From positions 10,604 to 74,603 of the forward strand of contig JAGNZZ010000010.1 in assembly GCA_017984135.1 (NCBI GenBank): a stretch of DNA of 64,000 nucleotides, written 5' to 3'. Positions 37,750-49,139 of this stretch are shown here, in pieces (positions within the stretch are counted from its first letter, which is position 1; every line of letters starts with the position of its first letter). The notes beneath the pieces are model-generated. The model saw only the letters and a list, made by a program, of their open reading frames with translations. It ran no database searches and had not been told where the DNA came from. The position numbers and the translations under genes are program-made. The stretch is from Chitinophagales bacterium. GTDB taxonomy: Bacteria > Bacteroidota > Bacteroidia > Chitinophagales > JADIYW01.

Positions 37750-38055
37750 TTTTAAAAAAATTATTGTTGTTTTATCAAAATTGATAATACAAAATTCGAT
37801 TTTTTTTTGATGTTAGTCAAATAATTCCAATTATGATATCTTGATTTTAAAATGGATTTGTTGTGAATGGTAGGTTAATGTAGTATGAATATTAAAACTT
37901 CTGAAACAATAAATCAATATTTGTAAATTCAATGTAAATTTTTTGAGAATTTAAAATAAATCGTGTTAACTTAATAATTCTCAAAATTCTTATACTTTCA
38001 GTAAAAAATGAAAGTTGTTCAAATTTTCTTTAGAAAATTGTTTTATAATAGCTAC

Positions 38056-38472
38056 TTATTTCATTACAATAGGAAAATCAGTAATGCTTTTTGTAAATAT
38101 CACATGATTGAAGTTTTGTCCAATGACTAAATCATTATCCAAAAAGAAATATTTAGAATTCACTGCGAATTCAATGTCGGAATAGTTAATTGTAATAGCA
38201 GATTCATTGTTTTTCCATTTACCGATGAGTGTTTTTCCAATATTATTTTTAGTATCCAAAAATTCATGTTTAAAAGTATGATCTTCATAGAAAGTGAGAT
38301 ACTCAATAGGATAAGAACGCATTCCATCAAATTTCTTTTGAAAATCATTGTTAATGGATTGTCTTGAAAATTTCCAAGTTCCAATTATCGGGTTTTTAGG
38401 TTCATTTTTCTTTCCTGCTAATGCTGTAACGCTTATGGTTACTAAATACATTAGAAAAATTAGCCTTTTCAT
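38056..38472 (-). CDS. Secreted lipocalin-like small protein (paralog A)
   Basis: Signal peptide plus GTWKFS...FKHEFLDT...GKWK...LVIGQNFNHVIFTK. Roughly half of the residues I aligned by eye match the 38707 gene. Confidence 0.6.
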   Translation of the reverse strand: MKRLIFLMYLVTISVTALAGKKNEPKNPIIGTWKFSRQSINNDFQKKFDGMRSYPIEYLTFYEDHTFKHEFLDTKNNIGKTLIGKWKNNESAITINYSDIEFAVNSKYFFLDNDLVIGQNFNHVIFTKSITDFPIVMK

Positions 38473-38650
38473 GGTATTTAATTTATTTGTTTTATGGTTG
38501 ATTAAATTTGGGTATTTTATTGATAAATGTCAATAGATTATTTGTTAAATAATATGACATTTCCAGTAATAGGCTGTAAATAGTATAGAAATCGTATTTA
38601 AATGCAATTATTTGCGAATTAAATCTTCAATTTTTTGTGGATTTAGCATT

Positions 38651-38679
38651 AAAAAACGGGATATGCCATAAATATCCCG
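38651..38679 (-). terminator. Rho-independent terminator after paralog B
   Basis: cgggatat-gccataa-atatcccg stem with a T-run on the minus strand. Confidence 0.65.
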
Positions 38680-38706
38680 CCTTTAAAACCAAAAATTAAC
38701 CGAAAT

Positions 38707-39132
38707 TCATTTCATCGTTATAGGATTTTCAAAGTTGATTTCTTTTGTAAAAATAACATGGTTGAAATTTTGTCCTAAGACTAAATCCTTGTCAATAAAA
38801 AAGTAATTCAACTCTAAGTCATAATCAAATTCAGCGTATTTAATTTTGATTTTGTCACTAGAGGATTTCCATTTTCCATGAAAGGTTCGAATGAGATTTC
38901 CTTCAGTGTCCAAGAGGTCATGCTTAAAAGTTCCGTCTGTCGCAAACATGAAAAACTCACTTTTGTAAGCAACGGCTTCTGAACCATTAAATACTTTTTG
39001 AAAATCATTAGACTTACTTTTGGTACTGAATTTCCAGTAACCGATGAATGGTTTTTGTGTTTCATTTTTTCGCTGCGCTACCACATTTACACTGAGTGCG
39101 AACACGAGTAGCAAAAAAAATGTACTTTTCAT
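38707..39132 (-). CDS. Secreted lipocalin-like small protein (paralog B)
   Basis: Signal peptide plus GYWKFS...FKHDLLDT...GKWK...LVLGQNFNHVIFTK. Confidence 0.6.
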   Translation of the reverse strand: MKSTFFLLLVFALSVNVVAQRKNETQKPFIGYWKFSTKSKSNDFQKVFNGSEAVAYKSEFFMFATDGTFKHDLLDTEGNLIRTFHGKWKSSSDKIKIKYAEFDYDLELNYFFIDKDLVLGQNFNHVIFTKEINFENPITMK

Positions 39133-39247
39133 AATCTTTTTGGTTTTGTACTACAAAGATTACAAATGAATAAAAAACTATACTTTTAAATGAGTAAATG
39201 GTAGACTTGAATGATTGAACGGTAGAAAAATGAATATTTTCAACTCA

Positions 39248-40330
39248 TTACTTCCTAAATCGTTGCAATTTTTGTTCCTTTTTATGTCTATCAATAGCTA
39301 ATTGAAGTAATTTTTCAATTAAATCAGCATATTTTAAACCGGAAGCTTCCCATAATTTTGGATACATCGAAATGGAGGTAAAACCAGGTAGTGTATTAGG
39401 TTCATTAATGAAGACTTCATCATCTTCTGTTAAAAAAACATCCACGCGTGACATGCCTTCTAATCCTAATGCTTGATAGGCTTTTTTTGCAGTCGATTGT
39501 AGTTTTTGCATTTGATCATCTGAAATATTTTCTGCAGGAATCACAATTTTTGCATTATCATTGATGTATTTATTTTCAAAATCATAAATGCCATCTTGCA
39601 TGATTACTTCTCCAAATGTACTTATTTCTATTTGTTCATTGCCTAAAACGGCACATTCTAATTCTCTTCCAATCACTGCTTTCTCTATCAATATTTTTGT
39701 ATCAAATTTAAACGCTTCATCAATGGCAGCATTAAAATCTTCTTCGTTGGTTGCTTTGTTCACGCCTACACTCGAACCCATATTGCAAGGTTTAATAAAT
39801 AATAAATTGCCTAATTGATGTTGTACGTCTTTAAATGAAATTGTATGTCGTTCATGTTTGTAAAATGTCAATCCTTTTGCATGTCCGATGCCAGCATCAC
39901 GTAATATTTTTTTAGTAAAATCTTTATCCATTGCTACCGCTGAGCCTAATACACTTGGACCCACAAATGGAAGATCGAGTTGCGTTAAAATTCCTTGCAA
40001 AGTACCATCTTCGCCGTTCGGGCCATGGGTAATCGGAAACACTACTTTAATATTCTCGATATATTTGTGATTGTCTAAACGTAAAAATTTATGGGTTTCA
40101 TTGCCAAAAACAACCGCGAGCTGCACACCAGATTTTCCAATGACACAATTTTTATCTTGTAGATTTTCTTCTGTTTCTAAATACCATTTCCCGTTTTGAG
40201 CAATCCCAATTAGTTGTACCTCAAATTTATTTTTATCAATTGCATTAAAAATATTTCTTGCAGATATAATAGAAACTTCGTGTTCGGGCGATTTTCCTCC
40301 AAAAATTAATCCCATTTTTTGTTTTGACAT
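39248..40330 (-). CDS. ddl: D-alanine--D-alanine ligase
   Basis: 360 aa with an ATP-grasp Ddl pattern (GGKSPEHEVSIISA, HGPNGEDGTLQG, EPNTLPGFT). Confidence 0.9.
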   Translation of the reverse strand: MSKQKMGLIFGGKSPEHEVSIISARNIFNAIDKNKFEVQLIGIAQNGKWYLETEENLQDKNCVIGKSGVQLAVVFGNETHKFLRLDNHKYIENIKVVFPITHGPNGEDGTLQGILTQLDLPFVGPSVLGSAVAMDKDFTKKILRDAGIGHAKGLTFYKHERHTISFKDVQHQLGNLLFIKPCNMGSSVGVNKATNEEDFNAAIDEAFKFDTKILIEKAVIGRELECAVLGNEQIEISTFGEVIMQDGIYDFENKYINDNAKIVIPAENISDDQMQKLQSTAKKAYQALGLEGMSRVDVFLTEDDEVFINEPNTLPGFTSISMYPKLWEASGLKYADLIEKLLQLAIDRHKKEQKLQRFRK

Positions 40331-40491
40331 ATCCTTACTTTAGAGTGTAAATATATTAATCGTTTTATTTTTTATTTGTTAAGATTATAAACTTTTGTGC
40401 GAATCAACACACTTTTATATCTAAGTAATTTATGTATTTTTGCTCTAAAGAAATAAGAACGTTTTTTTTACGTTTAGTCAAATATATTTAG

Positions 40492-41301
40492 ATGAATAAA
40501 ATTTCTATTACAATATTATCTATCATTGCCACAGCAATCCTATTATTAATCTTTACATTTTGGAGTTTAGGTTGGTACACCAACCACGATGAATTTGTGT
40601 TAGTGCCTAGTGTAAAAGGAAAATCACTTTTTGAAGCAAAAAATACATTGAATGATTTTGATTTAGACTATATCGTTGTTGACTCTACTTTCGATGAAAG
40701 TAAGCCACCTTTATCCGTCATAGAGCAACAACCATCTAAAGGTGCAAAAGTAAAAGAAAATAGAAAAATATATTTAACCATAAATGCCGCAACACCACCA
40801 AGTGTGAAAATTCCGAATATCATTGACAATTCACGGCGTCAAGCAGAAATTATTTTGAATAATTGGGGTTTGAAAATTGGAAGGTATATTTACATTCCAG
40901 ATATGGCAAAAGATGCAGTTTTGAACATGCAAGTGAATGGAAAAATTGTGCAACCCGAAACAGTTGTACGGAAAGGAACTGTTATTGATTTAGTATTGGG
41001 TGATGGATTTGGCAGTCAAGTAACCGATGTGCCACCTTTAACTGATTTAACCGTAATTGAAGCACGTGCCGTATTAGAAGCAGTACATTTAAATGTCGGG
41101 ATATTAATTGCTGATGGAGAAATTGAAGATACGATGAGTGCTTATGTGTACGATCAAGAACCTAAATTTGGTCAACCTGGCAAATTAGGTGAAGGTAATA
41201 CTGTACAGATGTTTATACGTCAACATAAAAATAGTTCAAATACACAAGGAGAGAATGCAGGCATGAATAAATTAATACCTAAAGGAAACACGAATCAATA
41301 A
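40492..41301 (+). CDS. PASTA domain-containing membrane-anchored protein
   Basis: N-terminal TM segment followed by three PASTA-like repeats (VPSVKGKSL..., IPNIIDNSRRQAE..., VPPLTDLTVIEAR...). Confidence 0.7.
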   Translation: MNKISITILSIIATAILLLIFTFWSLGWYTNHDEFVLVPSVKGKSLFEAKNTLNDFDLDYIVVDSTFDESKPPLSVIEQQPSKGAKVKENRKIYLTINAATPPSVKIPNIIDNSRRQAEIILNNWGLKIGRYIYIPDMAKDAVLNMQVNGKIVQPETVVRKGTVIDLVLGDGFGSQVTDVPPLTDLTVIEARAVLEAVHLNVGILIADGEIEDTMSAYVYDQEPKFGQPGKLGEGNTVQMFIRQHKNSSNTQGENAGMNKLIPKGNTNQ

Positions 41302-41308
41302 TAAATAG

Positions 41309-43207
41309 ATGAAAAGATTTTATCCAACATTTTTCTTAATTTTTATGTTTGCTACCACTTTGGCACAACAGGAAGCAATTGTACCTTTGTCCTTTCATCC
41401 TAAAAAAAATAAGTCGAATAACAGACAATTTATCCACCAACAAAAGAATAAAAGAACAGCAGCAATTAGTTTGCCGTTTTTCGATGATTTCAATCAAATT
41501 GAAATATTTCCAAAAATCAATTTATGGCAAGATAATTTTGTATATATCAATGCCACATATCCCAAAGAAACCATAACACTAGGTGTGGCAACATTTGATG
41601 GCACAGACGCTAATGGAGTACCATACAATAATGGCGCTGTCATGGTTTCAGGAGCAGCTGATAAATTGACGTCAAATCCCATTGACTTATCCGATTTAAC
41701 TGCAGATAGCAACGTTTTTTTAAGTTTTTATTTTTTGCAAGGTGATTTTGGTGAATCGCCTTCTGCACCAAATGATTTGTTGACCTTGCAATTCAAAGAT
41801 ACTTCTGGAAATTGGAATTTAATGTGGCAAAGTAGTGCATTAAGTATTCCAGCAATGCGTCAAGTATTTATCAAGGTTGATTCCATTTATTTAAATCCTA
41901 ATTTTCAATTTCGATTTGAATCCATTGGAAACTTAAATGGTGCCAATGATACTTGGCACATTGATTATGTAAAAATAGATAAAAATAGAGATACTGCTAC
42001 CGAAGTAAACATTAAAGAAATGGCATACGAATTTATGCCAAATAGTTTACTAAAAAAATACTACGTAATGCCATATCATCAATTCGATACAACAGATTTG
42101 GCAGATACCGTTTCTATTTTTGTAAAAAATAATTTCATCAATTCCACCACTGATATTATAGATGATTATATAGCGAAAATAGTAAATACCAATACTACGA
42201 TTGCCACTTTTAATGGCCCTTCGCGTGACTTTGGACCATTAACTCAAAACGAAATTAAATATCCAAAATTTAATATCCCAACAAATATTGTGGCCGATAC
42301 CGTTGTTATCCGAGTCGATTATCATTTTGATGTTTCGGCAGAAGCCGGTGAAAGTGCCAATGTGTTGGCAAATAATTCAATGTCGCATCTACAAGTATTT
42401 AGTAATTATTTTGCGTATGATGATGGCTCTGCAGAACGTGGTTATTGGGTAGAAAATTTAAATGAATATAAAATGGCTGTCAAATTTGGATTTAGAAATC
42501 CTGATACATTACAAGCCATTAAATTTCAAGTATTGCCTACACAAGTAGATAATCATTTGGCAACTTTTAGTGTTTGTGTTTGGAAAAATTTCAATCGAAA
42601 TACGGTCTATACTGATGCCGATTTGCTCTACAAACAAACGAATCTAAAATTGGCAAGTTTGAATAAAGAATTTAATGTGGATACGCTCAATAATTTTTAT
42701 TACGTTCCAATAAAACCAGCTTTTATGATGAATGGAGCAAGTTTTCCTTTAATCGTTTCAGATACTATTGCTATTGGATTAATAGTTGAAAATAAAGAAT
42801 CTTTAACGATAGGATTTGATAGAAATAACAATCGTTCTAATTATAATTTTTACGTAGATGGTGTGGAAAAATGGCGCGAATCAGGAATCGCCGGCACTAT
42901 GATGATTAATGCGGTAGTAGGCAAACCATTACCAGATTATTTGACGCCTATAAAACCGAATAAATCCAATCAATACGAAATAAAAATCTATCCAAATCCA
43001 ACCAAAGAGGTATTATATATAGAAGGAATTAAAGATGAAAATACAATAGAAATATTTGCATTAAATGGTAGTTTAGTGAAACAAATTCATTTATTTAATT
43101 CTGATGTAATAAATATTCATGAACTTCCTGTAGCCACATACGTTATAAAAATAACGAATACACAAACTAAACAATTTGGTATTTCTAAATTTGTAAAAAG
43201 TGAATGA
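41309..43207 (+). CDS. Secreted protein with a T9SS type A C-terminal sorting domain
   Basis: Signal peptide plus a C-terminal Por-secretion tail (IKIYPNPTKEVLYIEG...ATYVIKITN). Confidence 0.75.
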   Translation: MKRFYPTFFLIFMFATTLAQQEAIVPLSFHPKKNKSNNRQFIHQQKNKRTAAISLPFFDDFNQIEIFPKINLWQDNFVYINATYPKETITLGVATFDGTDANGVPYNNGAVMVSGAADKLTSNPIDLSDLTADSNVFLSFYFLQGDFGESPSAPNDLLTLQFKDTSGNWNLMWQSSALSIPAMRQVFIKVDSIYLNPNFQFRFESIGNLNGANDTWHIDYVKIDKNRDTATEVNIKEMAYEFMPNSLLKKYYVMPYHQFDTTDLADTVSIFVKNNFINSTTDIIDDYIAKIVNTNTTIATFNGPSRDFGPLTQNEIKYPKFNIPTNIVADTVVIRVDYHFDVSAEAGESANVLANNSMSHLQVFSNYFAYDDGSAERGYWVENLNEYKMAVKFGFRNPDTLQAIKFQVLPTQVDNHLATFSVCVWKNFNRNTVYTDADLLYKQTNLKLASLNKEFNVDTLNNFYYVPIKPAFMMNGASFPLIVSDTIAIGLIVENKESLTIGFDRNNNRSNYNFYVDGVEKWRESGIAGTMMINAVVGKPLPDYLTPIKPNKSNQYEIKIYPNPTKEVLYIEGIKDENTIEIFALNGSLVKQIHLFNSDVINIHELPVATYVIKITNTQTKQFGISKFVKSE

Positions 43208-43646
43208 TAATAATTCAAAAATAGCAACCTCCATTCCATCTTTAGATTCAATTGACAGAATTGTTTTATTTGATGGTGTTTGTAATTTTTGTGCATCCAG
43301 TGTACAATTTATTATAAAAAATGATAAAACATCTTCGTTAAAATTTGCCAGTTTACAATCTAATTTAGGACAACAACTTTTAATACATTACAATATGCCA
43401 ACTTCAATAGATGGTGTTGTTTTTATTGAAAATAATCGTGCCTATTTTAAATCAACTGCCGCTTTTCAAATTGCCAACTATTTTGGTATTACTTGGAAAT
43501 GGTTGAAATTATTTAGTGTTTTTCCATTATTTATGACTGATTTTGTTTATGATATAATAGCCAAAAATAGATACAAATGGTTTGGTAAAAAAGAAACATG
43601 TATGTTGCCATCACCCGAAATTAGAAATCGATTTTTAGAGGTTTAA
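43200..43646 (+). CDS. DCC-family thiol-disulfide oxidoreductase (DUF393)
   Basis: Motif LFDGVCNFCASSVQF. GTG start overlapping the upstream stop by 8 nt. Confidence 0.75.
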   Translation: MNDNNSKIATSIPSLDSIDRIVLFDGVCNFCASSVQFIIKNDKTSSLKFASLQSNLGQQLLIHYNMPTSIDGVVFIENNRAYFKSTAAFQIANYFGITWKWLKLFSVFPLFMTDFVYDIIAKNRYKWFGKKETCMLPSPEIRNRFLEV

Positions 43647-43753
43647 TTCCATTTATCTTTATTTTTTTATTATAGATTTTTGTATTTTTGCTTTTGAAAA
43701 TACTTCATGATTTTTATAATTTAGTTACTCAAAAAATAGAATATTAGAACTAT

Positions 43754-44464
43754 ATGGGAAGAGCATTTGAATACAGAAAAGCAGCCAAATTTGCCCGTTG
43801 GGACAGAATGGCTAAAGCATTTACTAGAGCTGGAAGAGAAATTGCAATGGCAATAAAATCTGGCGGAGCAAGTCCAGATACGAATGCCAATTTACGTAGA
43901 GCCATCCAAAATGCAAAGGCTGCGCAAATGCCTAAAGATAGGATAGAAGCCGCCATTAAAAGAGCATCGTCAACCGATACAAAAGGATTTAGCGAAGTAG
44001 TGTATGAGGCCATGGGACCACATGCCACTGCAATCGTTATTGAAACTGCTACCGATAATCCAACACGAACAGTGGCCAATTTAAGAACAATTTTAAATAA
44101 AAATGGTGGCTCGATGGGCACACAAGGCATGCATGATTTTATTTTTGAACGCAAAGGAGTTTTTAAAATTTTAGCTCAAAATATTGATGCTGAAGAATTG
44201 GAGTTTGAGTTGATAGATGCCGGTTTGGACAGCATGGAAAAAGACGATGAAAATCATTTAGTTCTTTATGCTAAATTTTCGGACTTTGGTTCACTACAAA
44301 AAGCATTAGAAGATAAAAATATTGAAGTCATTAGTGCCGAATTGCAACGTATTCCAACTATTGGTAAAGAATTAAATGAAGAGCAAACCGATGAGGTTTT
44401 AGAGTTAATTGATAAGTTAGAACAAGATGACGACGTGCAAACAGTTTTTCATAATTTAGCATAA
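43754..44464 (+). CDS. YebC/PmpR-family DNA-binding transcriptional regulator
   Basis: MGRAFEYRKAAKFARWDRMAKAFTR... is the canonical YebC N-terminus. Length 236 aa. Confidence 0.9.
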   Translation: MGRAFEYRKAAKFARWDRMAKAFTRAGREIAMAIKSGGASPDTNANLRRAIQNAKAAQMPKDRIEAAIKRASSTDTKGFSEVVYEAMGPHATAIVIETATDNPTRTVANLRTILNKNGGSMGTQGMHDFIFERKGVFKILAQNIDAEELEFELIDAGLDSMEKDDENHLVLYAKFSDFGSLQKALEDKNIEVISAELQRIPTIGKELNEEQTDEVLELIDKLEQDDDVQTVFHNLA

Positions 44465-44605
44465 TATTGAATAAAAATTTTTTAGGTCGGATTATTATTA
44501 TCCGACTTTTTTATTTTATAAGTTAAATTCTATTAATAAAATTGCTACATGCAATAAAAAATAGTTGATTTAGTTACATTTAGTATAACCAAACCAACCA
44601 CTATT

Positions 44606-45451
44606 ATGAAAACCATTCTTATTAAACAAACTATTGTTTGCTTACTCAGCATTTCTACTCTTAATAGTTGTCAGAAATCGAATGACGGAGCCATACAGTC
44701 GAAAGATGCAGTGGGATTAAGCTCGCCACAAGCAGAAAGTGCGTCTTCGGATGCTGTTACAAATTCTACTCAGCCAATTCCTACTCAACATGTTGATACG
44801 AACGTTCAGCGCATGTTAACCAAAGAAGGCAACCTAAGTTGGGAAACATCAAATGTAGATAAAACACATGCGTCCATCGTAGCACAAGCAAAAAAATCAA
44901 ATGCATATATCTCCAGCGATAACCGTTTTCGAGATGAATACCAAATGACTAATAAAATGAGCATTCGGATTCCATCTAATCAGTTTGATAATTTTATTTC
45001 AAGCATGGAAAATGACGTCAATAATTTTGATGAAAAACGCATTGAAGTAATAGATGTTACAGAAGAATACATTGATGTATCTGCACGCATGAAAACAAAA
45101 AAAGAATTGGAACTACATTATTACGATTTATTAAAACAAACTAAAAACGTTACCGAAATTTTACAAGTAGAAGAACAATTAAATATTGTTCGCTCAGAAA
45201 TAGAAAGTGCGGAAGGTCGTTTAAAATATTTGAAAGACAAAGTTAACATGAGCACCATTCATCTTTCTTTCTATGAAACGACATCAGCACCAGTTGGTTT
45301 TTTTGGTCAAATTGGAAAAAGCTTTGTGGCTGGATGGAAAGGAATGTTGTATTTTATTCTTGGATTAATTACTGCTTGGCCAATAGTATTGATTGTGCTA
45401 ATAACAATATGGCTGGTTATTCGAAGACGAAACAATCAACATAAAAAGTAA
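44606..45451 (+). CDS. DUF4349-like lipoprotein with a C-terminal TM anchor
   Basis: Lipobox-like LNSC, a central coiled-coil (EEQLNIVRSEIESAEGRLKYLKDKV) and a C-terminal hydrophobic helix. Confidence 0.55.
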   Translation: MKTILIKQTIVCLLSISTLNSCQKSNDGAIQSKDAVGLSSPQAESASSDAVTNSTQPIPTQHVDTNVQRMLTKEGNLSWETSNVDKTHASIVAQAKKSNAYISSDNRFRDEYQMTNKMSIRIPSNQFDNFISSMENDVNNFDEKRIEVIDVTEEYIDVSARMKTKKELELHYYDLLKQTKNVTEILQVEEQLNIVRSEIESAEGRLKYLKDKVNMSTIHLSFYETTSAPVGFFGQIGKSFVAGWKGMLYFILGLITAWPIVLIVLITIWLVIRRRNNQHKK

Positions 45452-45574
45452 ATCATAGATTAATATGATTTTACTAAATGAATGTTTAATTTTATTTTTT
45501 ATTGATAAAGTTTCAATTGTATATCCTTGCTAATAAAATTAATCTTATTTTCGTTTAATTAAATAATAGAATGA

Positions 45575-46567
45575 ATGAACGCTGAAATTAAAAAAATATA
45601 CGAAGCACATGTTGCTTTTGAAATGCAACAATTTGATAAAAAACATCTGAAAGCAAACATAAAAGAAGAAATCAGTGCAGCTTGGAAATGGTTAGATACC
45701 GTAAAATTAAATCAAGTAGGATCTGTTGAGAAAGTGATTGAATTTCAAGAACGCAATATCAAAAATCGCAAACTTACTAAACATCAAAAAGAATACATTG
45801 TTGACCTTTCTAATTCCATTCATAAATTAGCATTAAAAAGCAAACATACTGTTTCTGATTTTTTAGATAAAGAATCATTTGATGAAATTGCCGATAAAAT
45901 TATTGAGCAACGTGAAATTCGCGAACGCATCATTAAAGATATTGTACACAATCCTTTCTATGGTGAAATGTTGGCAGATACTTTATATGACGGCATTAAA
46001 TCATTTGCCGCGCAAAGTGGACCAAGCAACGAATCGGTAGGTGGTTCTCTGTTTAATTTAGGAAAAGGCTTAATAGGTGCAGCATTATCCGGTGTTTCTG
46101 ATTCTATAGATAGAAATATTAAAAAATTTATTGCTGATAATTTACAAAAAACCATTGCCAAAAGCGAGCAAACGCTGAATGATAAACTGAACGATGCACA
46201 ACTTCGTAAAATGGCAAGAGGAATTTGGAAAAAGTTGGAAGATACCGATGTGAAAGATATTGCAAAAGGAGTGAAGTTGAATGATAAGGATAGAACGGCA
46301 ATTTTACATTCCGTAGAAAAAGCCGTTCATGCTGCTTTACAAACAGAAGCAGTTGCCGATTTAAATGAACATATCTTAAATCATTTCTTTGAACATTCAA
46401 ACGAAAAATCAATAGTTCAAATTTTAGAAGACAATGACATCACTGAAAAAATTGTAATTAAAGAAGCAGAAGAATTTTTAACGCCATTTTTTGAAATAGC
46501 CTTGAAAGATGGTTTTTTGAAAGAACGCATTGAAGCAAGATTGAGTAAATTTTACAATACTTTGTAA
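45575..46567 (+). CDS. Hypothetical protein
   Basis: 330-aa ORF, predicted by eye to be helical, with a Gly-rich central loop. I recognise no family. Confidence 0.5.
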   Translation: MNAEIKKIYEAHVAFEMQQFDKKHLKANIKEEISAAWKWLDTVKLNQVGSVEKVIEFQERNIKNRKLTKHQKEYIVDLSNSIHKLALKSKHTVSDFLDKESFDEIADKIIEQREIRERIIKDIVHNPFYGEMLADTLYDGIKSFAAQSGPSNESVGGSLFNLGKGLIGAALSGVSDSIDRNIKKFIADNLQKTIAKSEQTLNDKLNDAQLRKMARGIWKKLEDTDVKDIAKGVKLNDKDRTAILHSVEKAVHAALQTEAVADLNEHILNHFFEHSNEKSIVQILEDNDITEKIVIKEAEEFLTPFFEIALKDGFLKERIEARLSKFYNTL

Positions 46568-46576
46568 AAACGCTAG

Positions 46577-46597
46577 ATGCTGAAACAAGTTCAGCAT
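46577..46597. repeat. REP-like short palindromic intergenic element
   Basis: atgctgaa-acaag-ttcagcat followed by gac. Related TCAT...GAAC...AG..AATC-type units occur at 14760-14790, about 53405-53430 and 53491-53517. Confidence 0.35.
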
Positions 46598-46613
46598 GAC
46601 GTGTGTGCTTAAA

Positions 46614-46652
46614 TAAAAAAAAAGAGGCTGACATTCAACAGCCTTTTTTTTA
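46614..46652. terminator. Bidirectional rho-independent terminator
   Basis: aggctg-acattcaa-cagcct stem flanked by an A-run and a T-run, between convergent genes. Confidence 0.7.
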
Positions 46653-46670
46653 TTTAACTAAAACAAAATT

Positions 46671-47348
46671 TTAGCGTGCGTACACACCATTTGGTGATAT
46701 CACTGCACCAGGTCCACCGGTAATTCCAATGGGTGGAACAATGATTTTTATTTCTTTGCCATCTACTTTTAAACTTGTTTTGGTTACACTTCTTTCCACG
46801 CCTTGTTGGTGAAAAGGTGGCATTTGTGCTGGTGCGCGATTAATGAGATATGGCGCACTTACATCTGACATCTCTACTTCAAATGTATGTCCACTAACCA
46901 CAATTTTTGCAGTAGCACCCTTATCCGTATATTGAATATCAAAAGTGGCATCTAATACAGGTGCTTTTTCGAACGGTGTTCCTGCAAATATTTTTGGACC
47001 AAAGTATGCGCCTACGGTTTTGTTGGTACTCACAAATCCCATGACAATAGGTGGATTGGTAGCATCTGGCTGAAATAATATCATGCCACTGGGAGCACTG
47101 CCAACAGGTGTACTTACCATACGCGCCACGTGCACAATAACATTCGGCATTTTAAAACTCGTGTCGGTGATAGCAGACACATCCATACCACCTTCCCAAC
47201 TCATCCATTCGTTTACGGATGGTTGATTAGCAACAGGTGTCTCAAGTGTGGTCGTTTCGGGCAATGTAGTACTTACATCTTCTGTTTTTGGTTTACAAGC
47301 AATGAATACGACACAAGCAATAATTGAAATGGAAAAAGATTTTCTCAT
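46671..47348 (-). CDS. Hypothetical lipoprotein
   Basis: 225 aa with a signal peptide and lipobox-like FIAC. I recognise no family. Confidence 0.55.
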   Translation of the reverse strand: MRKSFSISIIACVVFIACKPKTEDVSTTLPETTTLETPVANQPSVNEWMSWEGGMDVSAITDTSFKMPNVIVHVARMVSTPVGSAPSGMILFQPDATNPPIVMGFVSTNKTVGAYFGPKIFAGTPFEKAPVLDATFDIQYTDKGATAKIVVSGHTFEVEMSDVSAPYLINRAPAQMPPFHQQGVERSVTKTSLKVDGKEIKIIVPPIGITGGPGAVISPNGVYAR

Positions 47349-47428
47349 AGGATTGATTTTTGTACTTGCAAATTAAATCAAGTAATTCAAAAATAAATAC
47401 CCAAATAATGGTAGAGAAGTGTTTTCTC

Positions 47429-49072
<1,644 letters not shown>

Positions 49073-49139
49073 CTAATATTTCAATTTTATTTTTTGCAGA
49101 TAGCAAAGATTTAATGTCAATTTATTTTAAACGAAATAA

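Noticed and set aside
43750-44154. 134-aa ORF antisense to yebC
   Set aside because: It sits inside a highly conserved gene on the opposite strand and has no independent support.
46671-47348. Apparently GC-elevated lipoprotein gene as a horizontal acquisition
   Set aside because: My 60-nt counts ranged from about 32% to 48% GC, similar to other well-expressed genes here such as aceA. There are no flanking mobility signatures.
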